From Calditrichaceae bacterium (lineage in GTDB: Bacteria > Calditrichota > Calditrichia > Calditrichales > JBFXGD01), in the NCBI GenBank assembly GCA_050173015.1, contig JBFXLE010000001.1:32001-96000 (forward strand): a stretch of 64,000 nt of DNA, written 5' to 3'. Each line of letters starts with the position of its first letter. The first letter of the stretch is position 1. The notes under the pieces were generated by a model. The model was not told the origin of the DNA, did not search any database, and worked only from the letters and a program-made list of their open reading frames with translations. The translations under genes were made by a program, and so were the position numbers. This document shows, piece by piece, positions 59,905 through 64,000 of the stretch.

Positions 59905-61242
59905 ATGTTTAAATGGATCATACTTATGGCGGGGGTACTCGTGTTAAATATTTCAAATTCTGCACGGGCGGAAGAGCCCGAATTTTTTCCATACGCCTGG
60001 CAGGAAAAAATGCTGGATAACGGGCTTAAGATAATAGCTATTCCGATGGAAAACAGCTCGCTTGTCTCGTATTATTCAGTTGTCAGGACAGGTTCAAGAG
60101 ATGAATGGGAACCGGGACATTCGGGTTTCGCTCATTTCTTTGAGCATATGATGTTCAGGGGGACTAAAAATTTTCCGGGAACAGTTTATGACAGTATCGT
60201 CACGACTCTTGGCGCCGATGCAAATGCTTACACTACGGATGATTATACCGCTTATCACCTTACCTTCACCGCCGCGGATCTGGAGCGTGTCATGGAAATA
60301 GAGAGTGACCGGTTTCAGTATCTTGATTATGCCGAGGCAGAATTTAAAACGGAATCCGGCGCGGTTTACGGAGAATTTAGAAAAGGCCGGGTGAATCCCT
60401 GGTTTGTCTTAAATGAAACTATTATGAATACGGCATTCGACAAACACACTTATAAACATACGACCATCGGTTTCGAAGCCGATATTTCCGCCATGCCGGA
60501 AATGTACGAATACAGCAGGAATTTTTTCAATCGTTATTACCGGCCGGAGAATGTAGTGATCATAATCGCCGGAGCCGTTAACCCTGAGAAAACATTCGCT
60601 CTTGCCGAAAAATATTACGGAAACTGGGAAAAAGGCTATGTTAAACCCGAAATTACAAAGGAGCCGGCACAAAAAAAAGAACGCTATGTGGAAGTCGAGT
60701 TCAAGGGGAAGACGCTTCCGATCATGGATATCGGTTATAAGGGAGCCGCGTTCGCGCCTGAAGACCGTTTGTACGCGGCTACGCACATTCTCGGTGAACT
60801 TGCCTTTGGTCCGAACAGCGATCTTTATAAAAAATTAGTCATAAGAGAACAAAGGTTGCAATTATTTGGATATGATTACACCTATAATCGTGATCCGCGT
60901 TTGTTTGAAATTTATGCCATGGTCAAGAGTGAAGATGATATACAGTCGGTTCGAAAGGAAATTGATGAGACAATCAATCAATTTAAAACTACGCCGGTGA
61001 ATGAGCAAAAGCTGAATGATTTAAAAGACCGCCTGAGATATGATTTTTTAATGAGACTCGATACCCCGGACCGGGTTGCCGGTTCTCTTGCCAGATTTGC
61101 CGCGCTAAGTGGCGGGATTGAAGTGATAGATCAGCTATTCAATACTTTTCAACAGGTAACCGTTTCGGATATCATGGAAGCCGCCTGGGAATATTTCGTG
61201 AATGAAAGAAGGACTACGGCTTTGCTGAGGGGAGGAAAATAG
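59905..61242 (+). CDS. M16 zinc peptidase, catalytic subunit
   Basis: Signal peptide, HFFEHMMF (HxxEH) and NAYT motifs. Confidence 0.93.
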   Translation: MFKWIILMAGVLVLNISNSARAEEPEFFPYAWQEKMLDNGLKIIAIPMENSSLVSYYSVVRTGSRDEWEPGHSGFAHFFEHMMFRGTKNFPGTVYDSIVTTLGADANAYTTDDYTAYHLTFTAADLERVMEIESDRFQYLDYAEAEFKTESGAVYGEFRKGRVNPWFVLNETIMNTAFDKHTYKHTTIGFEADISAMPEMYEYSRNFFNRYYRPENVVIIIAGAVNPEKTFALAEKYYGNWEKGYVKPEITKEPAQKKERYVEVEFKGKTLPIMDIGYKGAAFAPEDRLYAATHILGELAFGPNSDLYKKLVIREQRLQLFGYDYTYNRDPRLFEIYAMVKSEDDIQSVRKEIDETINQFKTTPVNEQKLNDLKDRLRYDFLMRLDTPDRVAGSLARFAALSGGIEVIDQLFNTFQQVTVSDIMEAAWEYFVNERRTTALLRGGK

Positions 61243-61243
61243 C

Positions 61244-62743
61244 ATGTTAAAATGGATAAATATCATCATTCTGGCCATAATTATTCTGATCACCGGAGCG
61301 TGTAAGATGCAGTCAAATAAAACAGTAGAGTTACCGGTCAAATCAGACCCTACGGTTTCTTTACGCGTATGGGTTAAAACCGGTTCTCAATATGATCCGG
61401 CGGGTAAAGAGGGGCTTGCGTTTATAACGGCAAAAATGATTTCGGAAGCGTCAACGTCACAGTACACCTATGAAGAAATTCTCGAAAAATTATTTCCATT
61501 AGCCGCGGATTATGGAACGACCGTCGATAAAGAGCAGACTGTTTTTTACGGACGGGTTCATATAGATAAATTATCACCTTACTATTTGCTTTTTAAACAA
61601 GCTTTACTTGAGCCGGCTTTCAAACAGGAAGATCTGAATCGAATCAAAGACGATGTCCTGAATACACTTCAACGGTCATTAAGATATAATGATGATGAAG
61701 AATTAGGAAAAGCCGCCCTGAATCAGGCAATTTTTTCAAAGACGCCTTACGGCCATGATGAACGGGGTACGGTTGAAGCCGTAAAATCCATAACAGTTGA
61801 GGATGTCAAAGCATTCTATAATAGATATTTCAATCGTGAAAATATTGTTCTGGGAATTGCTGGTGGATATACTCCTGAATTTAAGGAACAGGTGGAAAGC
61901 GATCTAAAAAAACTTCCTGAAGGAAACGCAAGCTCTAAAGTGTTAATCAGTCCGGAAAAGAAAACGGGCATCCATGTTTTGCTGGTGGAAAAAGACGTGG
62001 TTTCCACGGCAATCAGTCTTGGCTATCCACTGAATGTTCTGCGGGGCGATAAAGATTTTTACGCACTGGCCCTGGCAAATTCATGGCTGGGAGAGCATAG
62101 AAATTCAAGCAGTCATTTGTATCAGGTGATACGTGAAGCGCGGGGAATGAACTATGGCGACTATTCCTATATAGAAAATTATCCGAATGGGGGACGCAGA
62201 CAGTTTCCTATGACAAATGTGGGGCGTCACCATCCGATATTCCAGATATGGATACGGCCTGTACCGAATGAACAAGCTCATTTCGCATTACGCGCGGCAA
62301 CGCGTGAATTACAAATACTCGTCGATAACGGGATGACCCGGGATGAGTTTGAACTAACCCGCGCGTTTCTAAAAAAATACATCCTGCATTATGCTCCCAC
62401 TACGATGACTCAACTTGGGTATAAACTGGATGATATGTTTTTCGGTTTAAAAGTTAACTATTTTGATCAGTTTGGCGCCGCCCTGGACAATATGACTTTG
62501 GAAGATGTAAATCTGGCGATCAGGAAACATCTGCAATATAAAAATATCCAGATTGCCATGGTGACAGCCAACGCTGAGGATTTTAAGGATAAACTGACCA
62601 ATAACACGGCGAGTCCGATGAAATACTCCAGCCCGAAGCCTCCGGAGATTATGGAAGAAGATAAACAGATTGAAAAATATCCGCTGGATATCAAGGCCGC
62701 AAATGTTGAAATAATTAAGATAGATGAGATGTTTCAGAAATAA
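61244..62743 (+). CDS. M16 peptidase, non-catalytic lipoprotein subunit
   Basis: Lipobox TGAC, GKEGLA and IREARGMNYG; no HxxEH. Confidence 0.88.
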   Translation: MLKWINIIILAIIILITGACKMQSNKTVELPVKSDPTVSLRVWVKTGSQYDPAGKEGLAFITAKMISEASTSQYTYEEILEKLFPLAADYGTTVDKEQTVFYGRVHIDKLSPYYLLFKQALLEPAFKQEDLNRIKDDVLNTLQRSLRYNDDEELGKAALNQAIFSKTPYGHDERGTVEAVKSITVEDVKAFYNRYFNRENIVLGIAGGYTPEFKEQVESDLKKLPEGNASSKVLISPEKKTGIHVLLVEKDVVSTAISLGYPLNVLRGDKDFYALALANSWLGEHRNSSSHLYQVIREARGMNYGDYSYIENYPNGGRRQFPMTNVGRHHPIFQIWIRPVPNEQAHFALRAATRELQILVDNGMTRDEFELTRAFLKKYILHYAPTTMTQLGYKLDDMFFGLKVNYFDQFGAALDNMTLEDVNLAIRKHLQYKNIQIAMVTANAEDFKDKLTNNTASPMKYSSPKPPEIMEEDKQIEKYPLDIKAANVEIIKIDEMFQK

Positions 62744-62751
62744 GAAGCTTG

Positions 62752-62788
62752 GCAAGGGGCTCAATCCGGGCCTCTTGCTGTTTTGTTT
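62752..62788 (+). terminator. intrinsic terminator
   Basis: GCAAGGGGC...GCCTCTTGC hairpin followed by TGTTTTGTTT. Confidence 0.6.
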
Positions 62789-62817
62789 AAGCAACAAATA
62801 TTCCGTTGGGGGGAATT

Positions 62818-63096
62818 ATGGAAAAATTTTCAGATTCCGAGATTACACACCGCTTAAAGGAGCTGAATAACTGGTATCTTGATACGGAAGCGATTCGAAA
62901 AGACTGGCAATTTAAAGATTTTATTGAAGCGATGACCTTTATCAACAGAATCGCGGAACTCTCAGAGCATCATAATCACCATCCCGAAATATTCAATGTA
63001 TATAATAAAGTATCACTCCGATTTAGTACTCATGATGCAGGCGGAATTACTGTCAAGGATGTCAAGATAGCCGCGGATATTGATAAAATCAGCTAA
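62818..63096 (+). CDS. phhB: pterin-4-alpha-carbinolamine dehydratase
   Basis: FKDF, NHHPE, YNKV and THDAGGIT motifs. Confidence 0.92.
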   Translation: MEKFSDSEITHRLKELNNWYLDTEAIRKDWQFKDFIEAMTFINRIAELSEHHNHHPEIFNVYNKVSLRFSTHDAGGITVKDVKIAADIDKIS

Positions 63097-63099
63097 CAG

Positions 63100-63648
63100 T
63101 TATTTCTGTTTTGTCTGTAGGGCCGAATTAAACAGGCCCTCTGTGAACCATTTCAGAGTCGATGTAAGTTCTTCGATTCGGCTGAGTATTTCAGTATCAA
63201 TTATTGTATTATCACTAAAGGAAGAACCCGTGGCAAAAACAAATCTTGGGATAATAACAGTTCGAAAATCAAGCATCAGGCTATTGGCAAACGGCATGAT
63301 CGACATATAACTGGATTTTCCGCCGGCCGCGCACATAAATCCGACCACCTTTTCCCGCCAGGCCTGGCCGGTTAATTCCACAAGATTTTTAACGGCTGAA
63401 TTAACATCGTAATTATAAATAGGCGAAGCGATGAGAATACCTTTTGCAAGCTTAATCTGTTTTTTAACCTGCAAAACCATGGGATCTGAATAACTGCTGT
63501 CGCCATCACAGGGGGGTAAGGCGGTTTTCTGCAAATCAAGAAATTGAACGGATTGGTTATTTTTTTTTAATATTTCAAAAGCTGAATTAGCCAATTCCCT
63601 GCTTCTGCTTGATTTACTCAGGCTGCCGCTGATGATCAGGTACTGCAT
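63100..63648 (-). CDS. NADPH-dependent FMN reductase (flavodoxin-like)
   Basis: ISGSLSKSSRS and ASPIYNY..KN motifs. Confidence 0.88.
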   Translation of the reverse strand: MQYLIISGSLSKSSRSRELANSAFEILKKNNQSVQFLDLQKTALPPCDGDSSYSDPMVLQVKKQIKLAKGILIASPIYNYDVNSAVKNLVELTGQAWREKVVGFMCAAGGKSSYMSIMPFANSLMLDFRTVIIPRFVFATGSSFSDNTIIDTEILSRIEELTSTLKWFTEGLFNSALQTKQK

Positions 63649-63768
63649 ATAATTATCTCCGGATGGTTAGGAAAAAATCGTAGTTTTGAACTTTTTTAGT
63701 AACTCAATCATAAAATATAATACTTTTAAATTCAATTTTATTCAAAAAATTTTGGATTAACGGAATAT

Positions 63769-64000
63769 ATGAAAACTTTATATCTTGTGCGTCATGCTAA
63801 ATCGAGCTGGGGTGATCCATCATTAAATGATTTTGATCGCCCTTTAAATAAGCGGGGATTGAAGGACGCGCCGCTGATGGCGGATCATTTTTCCAAAAAT
63901 CATGCCCGGCCGGATCAGATCCTTTCAAGTCCCGCGAAAAGAGCGATGATGACCGCTGAAATCTTTGCCGGGAAACTTGGATATCCGGGAAATAGCATAC
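63769..64000 (+). CDS. sixA: histidine phosphatase, SixA-like (truncated by window end)
   Basis: [31 protein letters not shown]. Confidence 0.88.
   Translation, partial: MKTLYLVRHAKSSWGDPSLNDFDRPLNKRGLKDAPLMADHFSKNHARPDQILSSPAKRAMMTAEIFAGKLGYPGNSI

Overview
Bacterial chromosomal window with no rRNA, tRNA or CRISPR array recognised. From left to right: (1) a minus-strand, probably sigma-54-controlled energy operon. It has an 8-heme cytochrome c followed by rnfCDGEAB, where RnfB is fused to a GltD/NfnB-like FAD/NAD(P)H domain and RnfC and RnfD lack canonical flavin motifs, plus a radical SAM gene and a PAS/sigma-54 activator. (2) An SDR, an AbiEi/AbiEii type IV toxin-antitoxin pair, a MacAB-like ABC exporter and a repeat-rich spacer. 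(3) A RecQ-PRTase fusion + DprA pair, then glycoside hydrolases. (4) An AT-rich island (~32.5-40.8 kb) that reads as an integrase-less integron cassette array: three attC sites, each with a core site complementary to the start of its own cassette. It carries a 4.6-kb radC + nuclease-methylase + specificity-subunit cassette, a PIN-like membrane-anchored protein and a CPBP/Abi protease, with a 20-bp-period palindrome array and a 22-bp tandem array at its 5' side. (5) Signalling genes. (6) An eut-derived microcompartment operon (eutK-parA-eutQ N-domain-pta-eutM-eutM-eutE-eutJ-pduS-pduT) that has no signature enzyme or pentamer gene but does have a candidate ParA positioning module. (7) Housekeeping genes. 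All product calls come from motif recognition by eye, not database searches.
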